Below are positions 16,574-26,254 of a stretch of DNA of 64,000 bases, in pieces; position 1 is the stretch's first letter; each line of letters starts with the position of its first letter. Origin of the DNA: an uncultured archaeon (GTDB taxonomy: Archaea; Iainarchaeota; Iainarchaeia; Iainarchaeales; GCA-2688035); the NCBI GenBank assembly GCA_964640195.1, contig CAZXIC010000003.1, positions 20,438 to 84,437 of the forward strand, given 5' to 3'. The notes below the pieces were generated by a model. The model was not told where the DNA came from, searched no databases, and saw only the letters and a program-made list of their open reading frames with translations. The position numbers were made by a program, and so were the translations under genes.

Positions 16574-17254
16574 ATGGCAGTAAAAGCAGTTGTTTTTGAT
16601 TTGTTTGGGGTTCTGACATGCGCTACTTCGCCAGAACGGAGAATCATCAAAAAATGGAAATTGAGCCCGAAAATCCACCCTGCATTGCAGCGGGCTGTTT
16701 GCGGGCAAAAATTTTTTTCTTGGGACAAATACCTTGACAAAGTAATTGAAACTGCGGGGATTGAAAACAGTGCAAAGAACAGGGCATTAGTTAGGAAAAT
16801 AGTGGACTCTGAGGTTGAAAGAGGGTTGAAAAATGTTTTCCCTGAAGCAAAAGCAGTTATGCGGAAGTTAAAGGAGAAAGGATATACACTAGGGCTTGTT
16901 TCAAATGCCTGTCCACACTGTAGGGAGATTCTTGAAAAAAACCGCTTGCTTGGCTATTTCAAAAAATCAGCAGTTATATTTTCCTACGAGGTTGGAATGA
17001 CAAAACAAAACCCGAAAATATTCAGCCTCTGCATAAAAAGGCTTGGCATTCCTGCAGGCAAAGTGGTTATGGTTGGAGATAGCTTGGAGGGGGATATTAT
17101 CGGGGCAAGAGCTGCAATGAATGGGAAAGCGCAGGGCATCCTAATCTCTGCAAAGCCAAGCCCCCGAGCAAAAAAGGTCGGCTGCTTGGTTGTTTCCAGC
17201 CTTGCAAAGGTTCCAAAAGCCATAGGCAAGCATAATATAAAATCAAATGCCTAA
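16574..17254 (+). CDS. HAD-superfamily hydrolase (motif I DLFGVL, dehalogenase-like variant)
   Basis: VVFDLFGVLT, LVSNA, MVGDSLEGDIIGARAAG-like motif IV. Confidence 0.7.
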   Translation: MAVKAVVFDLFGVLTCATSPERRIIKKWKLSPKIHPALQRAVCGQKFFSWDKYLDKVIETAGIENSAKNRALVRKIVDSEVERGLKNVFPEAKAVMRKLKEKGYTLGLVSNACPHCREILEKNRLLGYFKKSAVIFSYEVGMTKQNPKIFSLCIKRLGIPAGKVVMVGDSLEGDIIGARAAMNGKAQGILISAKPSPRAKKVGCLVVSSLAKVPKAIGKHNIKSNA

Positions 17255-17266
17255 AAGGATTGTTGG

Positions 17267-17956
17267 ATGGGTTTTAACATGGTTTTGAAGGCTGTTTTGT
17301 TTGATTTGGACAACACGCTGGTTGACTTCATGCAGATGAAGAGGCGCTGCAGCGAGGCAGCCATAAGGGCAATGGTTGAGGCAGGGCTGCCGCTGAATGA
17401 AGAGAGGGCGAAAAAGAGGCTTTTCGCAATGTACTGGAAAGCCGGCATAGAGGACCAGAACATTTTTGAAAAGTTCCTTAAGGCAACGATGGGAAAAGTG
17501 GATTACAGGGTGCTTGCAACTGGGATAGCTGCCTACAGGAGAGTGAAGGCAGGCTACCTTGCCCCTTATCCGCACGTGAGGGAAACGCTTGTGAAGCTGA
17601 AGGGCCAGGGCTTGAAGCTCGGGATTGTGAGCGATGCCCCGAGGCTGCAGGCCTGGCTGAGGCTGGCTGAAATGAATCTGGTCGAATTTTTTGATGTGGT
17701 TGTTGCATTGGAAGATACGGGCAGGAAAAAGCCGCACAAGATGCCTTTCAGGCAGGCAATACGGAAACTGGACGTAAAGCCGCAGGAAGTATTGTTCGTA
17801 GGCGACGACCCGCAGCGGGACATAAAGGGGGCAAAGAGCGTTGGCATGCTGACAGCGCTTGCGGCATACGGGCAGCTGTTAAAGGGAAAAGCAAAGGCGG
17901 ATTTCGTTCTAAGGGACGTGAAACAGCTGCAAAAAATAGTCAAGGCTTATACATAA
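17267..17956 (+). CDS. HAD-IA hydrolase
   Basis: VLFDLDNTLVDF, IVSDA, KKPHKMPF, FVGDDPQRDIKGAKSVGM. Confidence 0.8.
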   Translation: MGFNMVLKAVLFDLDNTLVDFMQMKRRCSEAAIRAMVEAGLPLNEERAKKRLFAMYWKAGIEDQNIFEKFLKATMGKVDYRVLATGIAAYRRVKAGYLAPYPHVRETLVKLKGQGLKLGIVSDAPRLQAWLRLAEMNLVEFFDVVVALEDTGRKKPHKMPFRQAIRKLDVKPQEVLFVGDDPQRDIKGAKSVGMLTALAAYGQLLKGKAKADFVLRDVKQLQKIVKAYT

Positions 17957-17970
17957 TAAGTGGCTTTCTT

Positions 17971-18981
17971 TTAGGTGTACTCCTTCAGCTGCACTTTCCT
18001 GTTCTTCAGGTGGAAGAAGTTTTTGGTGAGCAGCGCACAGCGAAACAGTGCTGCGTCAATGTCACTGCCTTTTCCCTGGAATGCTGATGCTCCGGCATGA
18101 CCGCCGCCCCTGCCCGGGAAGTAGTTGGGCATGAGCTGGAAGACATGCCTTGCCAAATCAAACCTGCTTTTTCTCACAACCTGCTGCGATGCCCTGCCGC
18201 TTATCCGCAGCTTTCCCTCCTCGCTGTCTCCTGCAAACGCAATGTCTGCCCCTATTTTAACAAGCGTTGAGGCTGCGTCTGCCTCAAAGGCTCCTATGTC
18301 GGCTGTTGCTATGACGTAGTTGCCCAAGCGAAAAATCCTGCTCCTCTTCGCTGCTTTTAGTGCTGCAATCTTTTGGTCAAATGTCCTTGGAACGGAGAAG
18401 AGGGAGAGAAGCTGGCTGAAGCTCTTTCCGCTTTTTTTGAGCGCTGCAGCCATTATTAAGAAGGTTTTGCTGTCCGCTGTGAGGAAGTAGGCGCTGTCCG
18501 CGACAATGCCTGCAGCAATGCAGGCAGCAATCCTTTTCTCAATGGGAATTCTGCCCCTCTGCAGCAGTTCAAAGACAATTTCGCAGGAGGCAACCGCATC
18601 AGGTTTCACAAGTTCTGTTACTCTCGTGCCAAGCTTTTCCCTTGTTTTTGTGTGGTGGTCAATTAGATAGGTTTGCCCTCTGAAGCGCTTTATCGCAGGA
18701 GCGGCACTGCCAGCCATTTTCCTTGAATTGAAGTCAACCAAGAAAAGGCAGTCGAACCTATTAAAGTTCCGCCAGCCGTTCAGGGTGTATGGGATGCGAA
18801 GCCTTGACGCAAATGCCTTTGCAGGCTTTGCAATATGCTCCGGAACAAGGATTTTCACCCTGTTCCGTTTCCTTAAAGCGAAAAAGAGCGCGCCTGCTGC
18901 AGCCAGGGCATCAACATCGCAGCCTGCATGCGTTATTATCAAAATTTTTTTTCTTTTGAAGGAGGAAAGATTGGGAAACAA
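17971..18981 (-). CDS. DHH/DHHA1 phosphoesterase (NrnA-like)
   Basis: ITHAGCDVDALAAAGAL, LIDHH and GGGHAGASAF (the DHHA1 GGGH motif). Confidence 0.85.
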   Translation of the reverse strand: MFPNLSSFKRKKILIITHAGCDVDALAAAGALFFALRKRNRVKILVPEHIAKPAKAFASRLRIPYTLNGWRNFNRFDCLFLVDFNSRKMAGSAAPAIKRFRGQTYLIDHHTKTREKLGTRVTELVKPDAVASCEIVFELLQRGRIPIEKRIAACIAAGIVADSAYFLTADSKTFLIMAAALKKSGKSFSQLLSLFSVPRTFDQKIAALKAAKRSRIFRLGNYVIATADIGAFEADAASTLVKIGADIAFAGDSEEGKLRISGRASQQVVRKSRFDLARHVFQLMPNYFPGRGGGHAGASAFQGKGSDIDAALFRCALLTKNFFHLKNRKVQLKEYT

Positions 18982-18987
18982 CCTTAA

Positions 18988-19365
18988 TCACTTTTTCTGC
19001 TCTTTTTCCTCCTTCACCTCTGCTGCAACGTCTGTTGCAACTGTCTGCCCTGACTCAATCTGCGATTTCAGTTTGTTCAACTTGTTTACAAGGCTGTCTT
19101 CCTGCTTTTGCAGGGTCTTGATTCTCAAATCAAGCGCATCTTTCTTTTCCTTCAATTCTTTTTTGACCTTTGATGTATCCGACTGGATTAAAATGTTCCC
19201 GACAGCTTTGTAGACGCGCTTTTCCTTGGTCTTTGCCAATTCGTCCAACGCCTGTTTCATTGCCCCGCTCTGCAACTGCATTTGCTGCTTTTGCCCTGAA
19301 ACATTGAACAGCTGCGCCCTGCCTTGCTCAAACTCCCGAATCTTTGCTTCTTTCTCTTCAACCAT
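18988..19365 (-). CDS. pfdB: Prefoldin beta subunit
   Basis: Coiled-coil / beta-hairpin / coiled-coil layout (VYKAVGNILIQSD). Canonical superoperon position. Confidence 0.85.
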   Translation of the reverse strand: MVEEKEAKIREFEQGRAQLFNVSGQKQQMQLQSGAMKQALDELAKTKEKRVYKAVGNILIQSDTSKVKKELKEKKDALDLRIKTLQKQEDSLVNKLNKLKSQIESGQTVATDVAAEVKEEKEQKK

Positions 19366-19371
19366 TTCCCC

Positions 19372-19614
19372 TTAAACCTCCATAACGTTTTTTGACAAAA
19401 CAACCGAATTCAGTATTCCGTTTGTTGCTGCCCTCAGTGCTGTTCTGTCCTGTGCCTTAATATCTATTAAGAGTGCATCATTTTTAATTTTAACAGATGT
19501 GGTGCTTCTCCTTTCATGCGCTGCGCCGAGTTCGGGTGCAATTGCTTTTAAAACCAGCCCTGCTTTTTCCCTAGAACCAAAGCCAAGGGACATCTGCAAG
19601 CGGTACTCTGCCAA
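19372..19614 (-). CDS. pcc1: KEOPS subunit Pcc1
   Basis: LLIDIKAQDRTALRAATNGILNSVVLSKNVMEV matches the Pcc1 C-terminal signature. Confidence 0.65.
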   Translation of the reverse strand: MAEYRLQMSLGFGSREKAGLVLKAIAPELGAAHERRSTTSVKIKNDALLIDIKAQDRTALRAATNGILNSVVLSKNVMEV

Positions 19615-19628
19615 GGGAACACCCTTTC

Positions 19629-19763
19629 CTACCTTGCCTTAATGTTCTTTGCAACAGGTTCCCTTACCTTGTACAGTATCTTGTAAGCGCAGACAGGGCA
19701 CCTGATTATGCCTCCCGGCAACTCCTTTATCACTTCACCGCATTTACCGCACTTGTAGGGCAT
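19629..19763 (-). CDS. rpoP: DNA-directed RNA polymerase subunit P (Rpo12)
   Basis: Read manually: [44 protein letters not shown]. Zinc ribbon. Below the ORF-track cutoff. Confidence 0.7.
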   Translation of the reverse strand: MPYKCGKCGEVIKELPGGIIRCPVCAYKILYKVREPVAKNIKAR

Positions 19764-19791
19764 GATAACAGCCTCCGCTATGCTTTTCTTT

Positions 19792-20283
19792 TTATATCTT
19801 CAAAAAGCCCTTCTTCTTTTTACTATTTATTTTTTTCTCATTACCGGCGGGCTTTGCCGCTTTCTTCTTCGCTTTTTTCCCGCTCCTCTTTTCTTCCTTT
19901 TTCTCTGCCCTCTCTTTCTTTTCTTCCTTGGCAGTAGCTCCTGCTTTCTTTGCTTCTGCAGGTTCTGCCCCAGCTTCTGCAGGGTGCTCTGTCGCTAGGA
20001 GCAGCTCTTTCGCCTTTGGCAGGAAAGAGCGCTGGCTAACCATTTTTTGGACAATCGAGCCAATCGGGGTAACAGGCAGGTATGCACCGCCTGCAAATGT
20101 TGCACTGCACTTTCTGCAGCTGTAAAGACCTGCAGCTGTTCTCTTGGCTTTCTCGTAGCCGCAGCGAGGACAGGGATAATATTTTTTCTGCTTGCCTTCA
20201 ACCTTAAGCAGCCTCTTTCTTATTCCAACGCCGTATCTCGCGCCAAACCTGCCGGTACGCTCTACTCTCTTGGTTTTGCCCAT
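19792..20283 (-). CDS. rpl37ae: Ribosomal protein eL43 (L37Ae) with a ~77-aa Lys/Glu/Ala-rich C-terminal extension
   Basis: [18 protein letters not shown]...CPRCG...[13 protein letters not shown]. Start at the ATG at 20283. The extension is encoded by 19792-20025. Confidence 0.85.
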   Translation of the reverse strand: MGKTKRVERTGRFGARYGVGIRKRLLKVEGKQKKYYPCPRCGYEKAKRTAAGLYSCRKCSATFAGGAYLPVTPIGSIVQKMVSQRSFLPKAKELLLATEHPAEAGAEPAEAKKAGATAKEEKKERAEKKEEKRSGKKAKKKAAKPAGNEKKINSKKKKGFLKI

Positions 20284-20296
20284 TGTAGCGAACACC

Positions 20297-21085
20297 CTAA
20301 AGCAGTTTCCTTATCTCCTTTGACTTGCGCATTGCTGTGTCTAGGCACTGCTCTAACTCGCTGGCAGCAAAGGAGCCGCTGCCGCCTTTCTGGAAGGCGC
20401 AAAAGAGGTCATCCTCTGTTGACGCGCAGCTGAACCTTGCATCCGCTGCCATCTCCTCTGCAAGTATTGGGTCCAAAACGATTTTGTCAGCAACCTTTGC
20501 AAAGGTTGAAAGCAGCGGTTTCCTCTGCAGCTGCAGCTTTCCAGCGTATTCGCCTTTTACCGCCTTGTCTTCCTCAAGTTTCGGCATCCTTGTTTCAAGC
20601 AATGCTGCAAGCGCTGCAATGGCTGATGCGTCGAACAAATTCCCGTCCTGGTTCAGGGTGTAGATGTCAATGAAGGCAATCCAGACAAGCTCGCCTTCCT
20701 TAACGCAGAGTTTTTTGAAATCAAGGGTTTTGCTTTCCCTGATGCCCCTGTCAACAACCCTGGCTAGCTCTGTCGCATCTTCTCTTGGCGGACCTGGCTC
20801 GAACGCAGGGGAAGCCAGGGGCAGCAACTCTGCCCCCACTATGATTGTACCCTCATCTGGTCTATCAGGATACGGCTCGCCCAGAATCATTTTAACTCCC
20901 GCAATCACATCGGTTTTTCCAAGCAAGGCTCTTGCGCTGCCATCAGCGTTCTCGCTGATTTTTTTATCCACCCTTATCGGCCTGTACTCGTCAGGCTTCC
21001 TGCCGTCAAGCCGCTTGCCTTCCTTTATTGCGGCAATGGTTTTGTCCGTTCTTAAATCCCAAATCGTTTCCTGCATTTTTCTCAC
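20297..21085 (-). CDS. rrp42: Exosome complex component Rrp42
   Basis: RNase-PH-like fold without catalytic motifs (RLDGRKPDEYRPI). Overlaps rrp41 by 4 nt. Confidence 0.85.
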   Translation of the reverse strand: MRKMQETIWDLRTDKTIAAIKEGKRLDGRKPDEYRPIRVDKKISENADGSARALLGKTDVIAGVKMILGEPYPDRPDEGTIIVGAELLPLASPAFEPGPPREDATELARVVDRGIRESKTLDFKKLCVKEGELVWIAFIDIYTLNQDGNLFDASAIAALAALLETRMPKLEEDKAVKGEYAGKLQLQRKPLLSTFAKVADKIVLDPILAEEMAADARFSCASTEDDLFCAFQKGGSGSFAASELEQCLDTAMRKSKEIRKLL

Positions 21086-21837
21086 CTTCCTTTCCCCGCT
21101 TTTCCTTCTTGCTCTGCTTCAACAAATTGTTTCCTCAGCGCTTCCCTCTGGATTTTGTAAACCTCCTTGCAGCCCTGCAAGCCAAGCTTTACAGCTTTGC
21201 TCCACTCGGCCTTTGAAAGCAGGCCGTCCATCTGCAGCAAAACAATCTCCTCCGTTCTGGGGAGAATTGCCATGGGCATGTCTACGGCGTCTGGAGCATC
21301 CTCCTCTTCCTTGTCCAGGTCAAGGATTATTTCCCCGCCGGCCTTTCCAACACCGACCGCTGTTACAAGGTCCCTCATCGGAATGCCTGCATCAACCAGC
21401 GCAACGCTTGCCGCACTCAGCGCGGCAACCCGCGTTCCTGCGTTGCTGTCAAGAATTTCAACAAACACATCAATCGTGGTGTTTGGAAACCGTTCAAGGA
21501 AAATTGCTTTCTCCAAGGCTTCCCCGGAAACCTTGCTTATCTCTATTTCCCTTCTCCCGGGCTTTGGGTTCTTCCTATCGGGCACACTGAAAGTTGCCAT
21601 CCTGTAGTGGTACTGCACCAGAGCCTTATAGGGGTTCTGGATGTGCTTTGGCAGGGCCTCCCTCGGGCCGTATACAGCAGCAAAGACCTTGTTCTGGCCC
21701 CACTCAAGGTAAGCACTACCGTCAGCCCTGTTCAGGACCCCTGCCTCAACCTTGATTTCCCGCAGTTGGTCAAGCTTTCTCCCGTCCAATCTCTTTCCGT
21801 TCTTAATGTACTGGATTTCTTCTTTCTTTTTTTTCAT
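21082..21837 (-). CDS. rrp41: Exosome complex exonuclease Rrp41
   Basis: RLDGRKLDQLREI...ADGSAYLEWGQNKV...GTRVAALSAASVALVDAGIPM. Confidence 0.9.
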   Translation of the reverse strand: MKKKKEEIQYIKNGKRLDGRKLDQLREIKVEAGVLNRADGSAYLEWGQNKVFAAVYGPREALPKHIQNPYKALVQYHYRMATFSVPDRKNPKPGRREIEISKVSGEALEKAIFLERFPNTTIDVFVEILDSNAGTRVAALSAASVALVDAGIPMRDLVTAVGVGKAGGEIILDLDKEEEDAPDAVDMPMAILPRTEEIVLLQMDGLLSKAEWSKAVKLGLQGCKEVYKIQREALRKQFVEAEQEGKAGKGR

Positions 21838-22634
21838 GCGCTCTTCACCTTCTCAGCCTTTTCACGTTTTAAAAATCCCTCAACCCTGCTGGTCAAATTG
21901 CTTAAATGTGATTCCTTTTCAATAAGCCGCACTGCCCTCACAAACAGCGAAATGTCACCGCCCTTTGCCCAAACCCAGCCGTTTCTGCCCACAACCAGGC
22001 TGCCGCCTGTCCCGCTGCGCAGCACCTGCAGCATTGAGCCGTTTTTTCCAATAATGCGCGGAACCTTCACAGGGCTTACCTCAATGACCTCGCCGCCATA
22101 AAATACCCTGATGTCATCCAGCTCGGCTTCATTTATCTCGTTCACATCCCTGATGATTGCACTTATGATGCTGCCCCTCTGCAGCTCATGCCTGACGCTC
22201 TCCTTTGAAACAAAAGAGTAATAAATGCTGTTTATGTCAACGATATAGCCCTTGAAAGTTTCGTTTGCAACTATCCCGACAACCAAATCGCCCTGCTGCG
22301 GGATGTATTTCCCATGCAACGGCACAACATATGCAGCGGCTGCCCCAGGATAAGTAATGCCAAGCGCATCTGCGTAAACCTTTCCGTTTTCAACAAAAAC
22401 ATGTTGCCCAAGCTTTTTTCTCTGCTCTGTCACCAAATCGCCGGGAATAAGGATTTTCTTCTGCTTGTGCTGCCCTTCATTTCCTTCCTTCCCTGGGCCT
22501 TCAGTCCTCTGAACTTCCTTTCCTTCCTTTCCCGGGCTTGCAGTCCTCTGCTCTCCCTTCCCTGGGCTTGCAGTCCTCTGAACTTCCTTTCTTTTCTCCC
22601 CTCGGTCTTCAGTCTTCTGGACTTCCTTTGCCAT
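21834..22634 (-). CDS. rrp4: Exosome RNA-binding subunit Rrp4 with a repeat-rich N-terminal extension
   Basis: S1/KH body (LIPGDLV...GDLVVGIV...IGKNGSM) preceded by ~60 aa of KEVQRTxxPGKEG-type repeats. Confidence 0.85.
   Translation of the reverse strand: MAKEVQKTEDRGEKRKEVQRTASPGKGEQRTASPGKEGKEVQRTEGPGKEGNEGQHKQKKILIPGDLVTEQRKKLGQHVFVENGKVYADALGITYPGAAAAYVVPLHGKYIPQQGDLVVGIVANETFKGYIVDINSIYYSFVSKESVRHELQRGSIISAIIRDVNEINEAELDDIRVFYGGEVIEVSPVKVPRIIGKNGSMLQVLRSGTGGSLVVGRNGWVWAKGGDISLFVRAVRLIEKESHLSNLTSRVEGFLKREKAEKVKSA
22491..22632 (-). repeat. Four degenerate ~30-36-nt tandem repeats inside the rrp4 5' region
   Basis: Units at 22491-22523, 22531-22560, 22561-22591 and 22600-22632 (cc(c)gggcttgcagtcctctg...). 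Confidence 0.7.
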
Positions 22635-23335
22635 TAAACTTCGCCCTCCAAGGTCTTTGTTTCAACATTTCCGTGGCACAAATGGTTCAGCTCGTTCAAA
22701 AAATCCTGCCGCAATCCAGCCGGCAGTTCAACAACAGCTACCAGCGAGCCGTCGCTCTGCCATTCTTCCCTCAACAGCTTGTACCTGTGCAGCGCGTTGC
22801 TTGCCTTTCCACTGTGCGAAGCAGGCACTTTCACGGCAATCCTGAGCTGCTGCATTGAAATTGGCAGTATCTTCTTCAGTTCCTTCAAGATGCCGGGCAT
22901 CTGCTCCTCGACAGACCTTGATTCGTCAATGTGCAGCTTTGCCTCCAGCAAAGCGTTTTCAATCCTTTTCGGCGGATGCGGCGCATTGGTCTGCGGGTTC
23001 ATCGCATTTCTTGCAATGAACTGCACCACTTCCCTCTTTCTTGCCTCCCTCATGGCCCTTCTCTGCTCTGTCGTAAGCTGGACCTCGCCCTGCACAATTA
23101 TTTTTTTGGCAATTGCTGGAACATCGGTTGTGCCAAATGCCTTGTTCAATGCCTCAGGGCTCTGCGTGCTTCCCTTTGCTGCGTCCCTGAAAACAGTTTC
23201 AACTGCAAGCAGCTCTGCGCTGCTCACGCTCCCGCCTTTTTTCAAGTGCATAGCCAGGTCTGGGTCAACCAGAACCTCGAAATGCTCGCCTTGCGAGGCA
23301 AGCCTTGCAGTAACCGCTTCCTCCAATTTGACCAT
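22634..23335 (-). CDS. sdo1: SBDS-family ribosome maturation protein
   Basis: ARLASQGEHFEVLVDPDLAMHLKKG and the superoperon position. Start at the ATG at 23335. Confidence 0.85.
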   Translation of the reverse strand: MVKLEEAVTARLASQGEHFEVLVDPDLAMHLKKGGSVSSAELLAVETVFRDAAKGSTQSPEALNKAFGTTDVPAIAKKIIVQGEVQLTTEQRRAMREARKREVVQFIARNAMNPQTNAPHPPKRIENALLEAKLHIDESRSVEEQMPGILKELKKILPISMQQLRIAVKVPASHSGKASNALHRYKLLREEWQSDGSLVAVVELPAGLRQDFLNELNHLCHGNVETKTLEGEV

Positions 23336-23361
23336 GAAAAGAAAAACTCCTGCTAAAAAAA

Positions 23362-24087
23362 TCATTTTTTCCCTAAAACAGACTTAAGCCTTTGCTTTCC
23401 AATCCTCTCAAAATTCCTGCCACGCTCAATCAAAGCAAAATCAAGCCTATTGACATCCAGCTTTTCCTTCTCACCCAAGCCCCTCCCGAGCGCCTTCAGC
23501 AGCAAGGCTATTCCCTCGTCTAGGGGCAGGTTCTCCTTGTATTCCCGCTCAAACAGCTTCATTGCCTCTTTCTTTCCCTTGCCTATTGCAATCGCGTTGT
23601 ACTCGGCCAGCGCACCACTCGGCTCTGTTTCAAAAAGCCTCTTGCCTGACTCGTCCACGCCGCCGATGATGAAGGAGACGCCGAAAGGCCTCATTCCGGC
23701 ATACTGTGTAAACAACTGCTTTACAGCACATAATTGCTTGACCAAGGTTTCAACCTGGATTTTCTCCTCGTAGTACATCCTGTTCTCCTGGCATTCCCGC
23801 CTTGCAATCTGAACCAAGCGCCTTGCATCCCCGACCAAGCCGCTGCTTATCGCAGCAATGTGCTCATCTGCCTTGAACAGCTTTTCAATGCTTTCAGGCA
23901 AAATAAGCCTGCTCGTCACTTTCTTGTCGGCTCCGAACAAAACGCCGTTGTTGTAGACAAGCGCAGTTCCCGTTGTCCCCTGCTCAACGATTTTGCTTGC
24001 GTACTCCACCTGGTACAGCCTGCCGTCAGGGCTGAACATTGTTGCAACCCTGTCGTATGCGCTGCTTCTCTTGGAAACTGGATACAT
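23362..24087 (-). CDS. psmA: Proteasome subunit alpha
   Basis: YDRVATMFSPDGRLYQVEYA signature. Confidence 0.9.
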   Translation of the reverse strand: MYPVSKRSSAYDRVATMFSPDGRLYQVEYASKIVEQGTTGTALVYNNGVLFGADKKVTSRLILPESIEKLFKADEHIAAISSGLVGDARRLVQIARRECQENRMYYEEKIQVETLVKQLCAVKQLFTQYAGMRPFGVSFIIGGVDESGKRLFETEPSGALAEYNAIAIGKGKKEAMKLFEREYKENLPLDEGIALLLKALGRGLGEKEKLDVNRLDFALIERGRNFERIGKQRLKSVLGKK

Positions 24088-24174
24088 GAAAGGCCCTCAA
24101 CAAGCGAATTTTCTTCTTTTCCCCTACTTTTATATCTTGAACTGCGTAAGTTATAAAAATGTTCCCAACGCTTC

Positions 24175-24504
24175 CTATTTTGCCCGCAGTTTGCGCAAAG
24201 TACCGCTTGCCAGAAGGGTTTTTGGCTCAAATTCTTCGGGAATGCCCATGAGGGCGCTTTTCACTCTTTCTTGGTTTCCAGCCCTGCACCTTACAATGCC
24301 CTTTCCTGTTTCAGGGCTGAACTCAATGAACCAGACACCAACTACCTTCCTCTCCTCTGGTGAAAAGCAGCCTATAACCAAATCAAAAGCCTGCTTTGCT
24401 GTTTTGCACGAATAGGGCTTGAGCTGGAACAAAAGATAGCGCCTTTTAGGACGCTTGCTCTTCTTTGGAAGCTTCCTCTTCACAGGGTGCTTTTCTTTGC
24501 TCAT
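24175..24504 (-). CDS. rnp2: RNase P protein component 2 (Pop5/Rpp14)
   Basis: KRRYLLFQL...GIVRCRAGNQERVKSAL...SGTLRKL, plus the superoperon position. Confidence 0.7.
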   Translation of the reverse strand: MSKEKHPVKRKLPKKSKRPKRRYLLFQLKPYSCKTAKQAFDLVIGCFSPEERKVVGVWFIEFSPETGKGIVRCRAGNQERVKSALMGIPEEFEPKTLLASGTLRKLRAK

Positions 24505-24613
24505 AGCAATTCACTTAAATCCCTGCTTGCCTTTGCCTTTCTGAAAAGCTCTTCCTCCAATTGCCCATTGCTGTCAAGAAGAATTAGGGAAAAAGAATTA
24601 AAAAACAACTAAT

Positions 24614-25219
24614 TTACTTCGCCTGCCTGTCGTGCGCCCTGAGCGAGGGTCTTACTTTCTCTGCACCTTTGCCTCTTGAGCGCAGGCCCCTGCTTCTCTT
24701 GCCCCTTGATGTAAGGCCCCTAAAAGCCCTGCCCCTGTGCTTTTGGCTGCAAATCCAGTTCAGCTCCTTGTCTGCCCTTATTTCCGGTGCCTGCGGGTCA
24801 ACCAGAATCACTTCAAAGTAGCGGTTTTTTCCGTCTTCGCCAATGAAATAGCTGTTCAGCACCTCACAGTTCCTGTACCTGCGTGATGCGCGCTGTTCTG
24901 CGATTGCCTGCGTGTTCAAGCGCCTTGTCAGCCTTTTTACGCCCATCCTTTTTGGCCTTCGCCCTGAAACAGGTCTCTTGTGCTTTCCGCTGCCCTTTCT
25001 GATCCTGACCCTCACGACAACAAAGCCCTTCTTTGCCTTGTAGCCGAGGTTTCTTGCCCTTGCGATGTTGGTTGGCTTGTCCAGCCTGACAACTGCCTTG
25101 CGCTCCTTCCTGAAGCCAATCAGCCTGCCCCTCTGCAGCTTTCCATAATCATACTCGGCGCTTTTCTCGCCCTTGAATTCGCGCTGGAATGTTTCCTGAA
25201 TTGCCTTTGCCGCACCCAT
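24614..25219 (-). CDS. rpl15e: Ribosomal protein eL15
   Basis: RLDKPTNIARARNLGYKAKKGFVVVRVRIRKG. Confidence 0.9.
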   Translation of the reverse strand: MGAAKAIQETFQREFKGEKSAEYDYGKLQRGRLIGFRKERKAVVRLDKPTNIARARNLGYKAKKGFVVVRVRIRKGSGKHKRPVSGRRPKRMGVKRLTRRLNTQAIAEQRASRRYRNCEVLNSYFIGEDGKNRYFEVILVDPQAPEIRADKELNWICSQKHRGRAFRGLTSRGKRSRGLRSRGKGAEKVRPSLRAHDRQAK

Positions 25220-25314
25220 AAAAAACCCGCTTCAAACAGAAATAAAAGAAGTAATAAGGCAGTAATGTTTAATAAGGATTTAATTAATGCAAGGTTTTTT
25301 TAAAGGTTATCAGA

Positions 25315-26253
25315 ATGCAGCGAAAATGCGTTCAATGCGGCAAAAAGGCGGTAATTCGCCTCTCCTACGGTCCGCACCGCTTCTGCAGACAGCACTTTCT
25401 TCACTTCTTTGAGAAACGCGTTAGGAGGACAGTCAGGGAGAACAGGCTTGTGCAGGGCAGGGAGAAGCTGGTTGTGGCGTGCTCAGGAGGTAAGGACAGC
25501 AGCGTTGCCCTCTACCTGGTCAACAAAATCTTTGGGAAAAGCAATCCAGTGGAAGCGCTCTTGGTTGACGAGGGCATCCCCGGATACAGGGACAGGGCGC
25601 TTGCAATTGCGGGGCAAAACTGCAGGAAGTGGGGTGTTCCTTTCAACCTGGTTTCTTTCAGGCAGGAATTCGGCTTCACGATGTTGGACGTAGCGAGAAA
25701 AACAGGCGCAAGGAAAAGGCTGGGAAGCACCTGCGCATTCTGCGGCGTGCTGAGGAGAAGGCTTTTGAACCGCTATGCAAAGGAAATGGGTGCGGCTAAG
25801 CTTGTTACTGGGCACAACCTGGATGATGAAGTACAGGGGATTCTGATGAACGTTTTTGACGCGGACACGGCGCGCTACGCAAGGCTTGGGCCAATTGTTG
25901 GCTGGAAAAAAGCAGAAGGGTTTGTGCCGAGAATAAAGCCGCTGTACGAATGCCCGGAAAAAGACGTTATTGCCTTTGCGAAAATGCAGGGAATCCGCTA
26001 CTACAAGGGAAAGCCCTGCCCGTTCAAGTGGCAGGCAAAGAGAAACGACTTCAGGGAGATGCTCAAAAGATTTGAGGCAAAGTACCCTGGAACAATGTTC
26101 AGCATCCTGAGCTTCTTCAAGCAGACAAAGCCGATTGTTGAAAAAGCAGGGGCAAGGGAACGAGGGCTGAATGCGTGCAGCAAATGCGGCGAACCCGCGA
26201 GTGGAAAGATTTGCCCTGTCTGCAAGATGGTTGAACTGATTAATAAAAAGTGA
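25315..26253 (+). CDS. TtuA/NcsA-family tRNA 2-thiolation PP-loop ATPase
   Basis: N- and C-terminal CxxC zinc fingers, PP-loop VACSGGKDSSV, CAFCGVLRR, TGHNLDDE. Confidence 0.8.
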   Translation: MQRKCVQCGKKAVIRLSYGPHRFCRQHFLHFFEKRVRRTVRENRLVQGREKLVVACSGGKDSSVALYLVNKIFGKSNPVEALLVDEGIPGYRDRALAIAGQNCRKWGVPFNLVSFRQEFGFTMLDVARKTGARKRLGSTCAFCGVLRRRLLNRYAKEMGAAKLVTGHNLDDEVQGILMNVFDADTARYARLGPIVGWKKAEGFVPRIKPLYECPEKDVIAFAKMQGIRYYKGKPCPFKWQAKRNDFREMLKRFEAKYPGTMFSILSFFKQTKPIVEKAGARERGLNACSKCGEPASGKICPVCKMVELINKK

Positions 26254-26254
26254 A

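Noticed and set aside
20664-21590. 308-aa plus-strand ORF
   Set aside because: It is entirely antisense to rrp42/rrp41, which have unambiguous RNase-PH motifs. Its translation is Ser/Leu/Pro-rich low complexity, typical of a shadow ORF.
22491-22632. Short tandem repeats that could be mistaken for a mini CRISPR array
   Set aside because: The units are contiguous and degenerate, with no unique spacers. They lie in frame inside the rrp4 coding sequence. No cas genes are present in the window.
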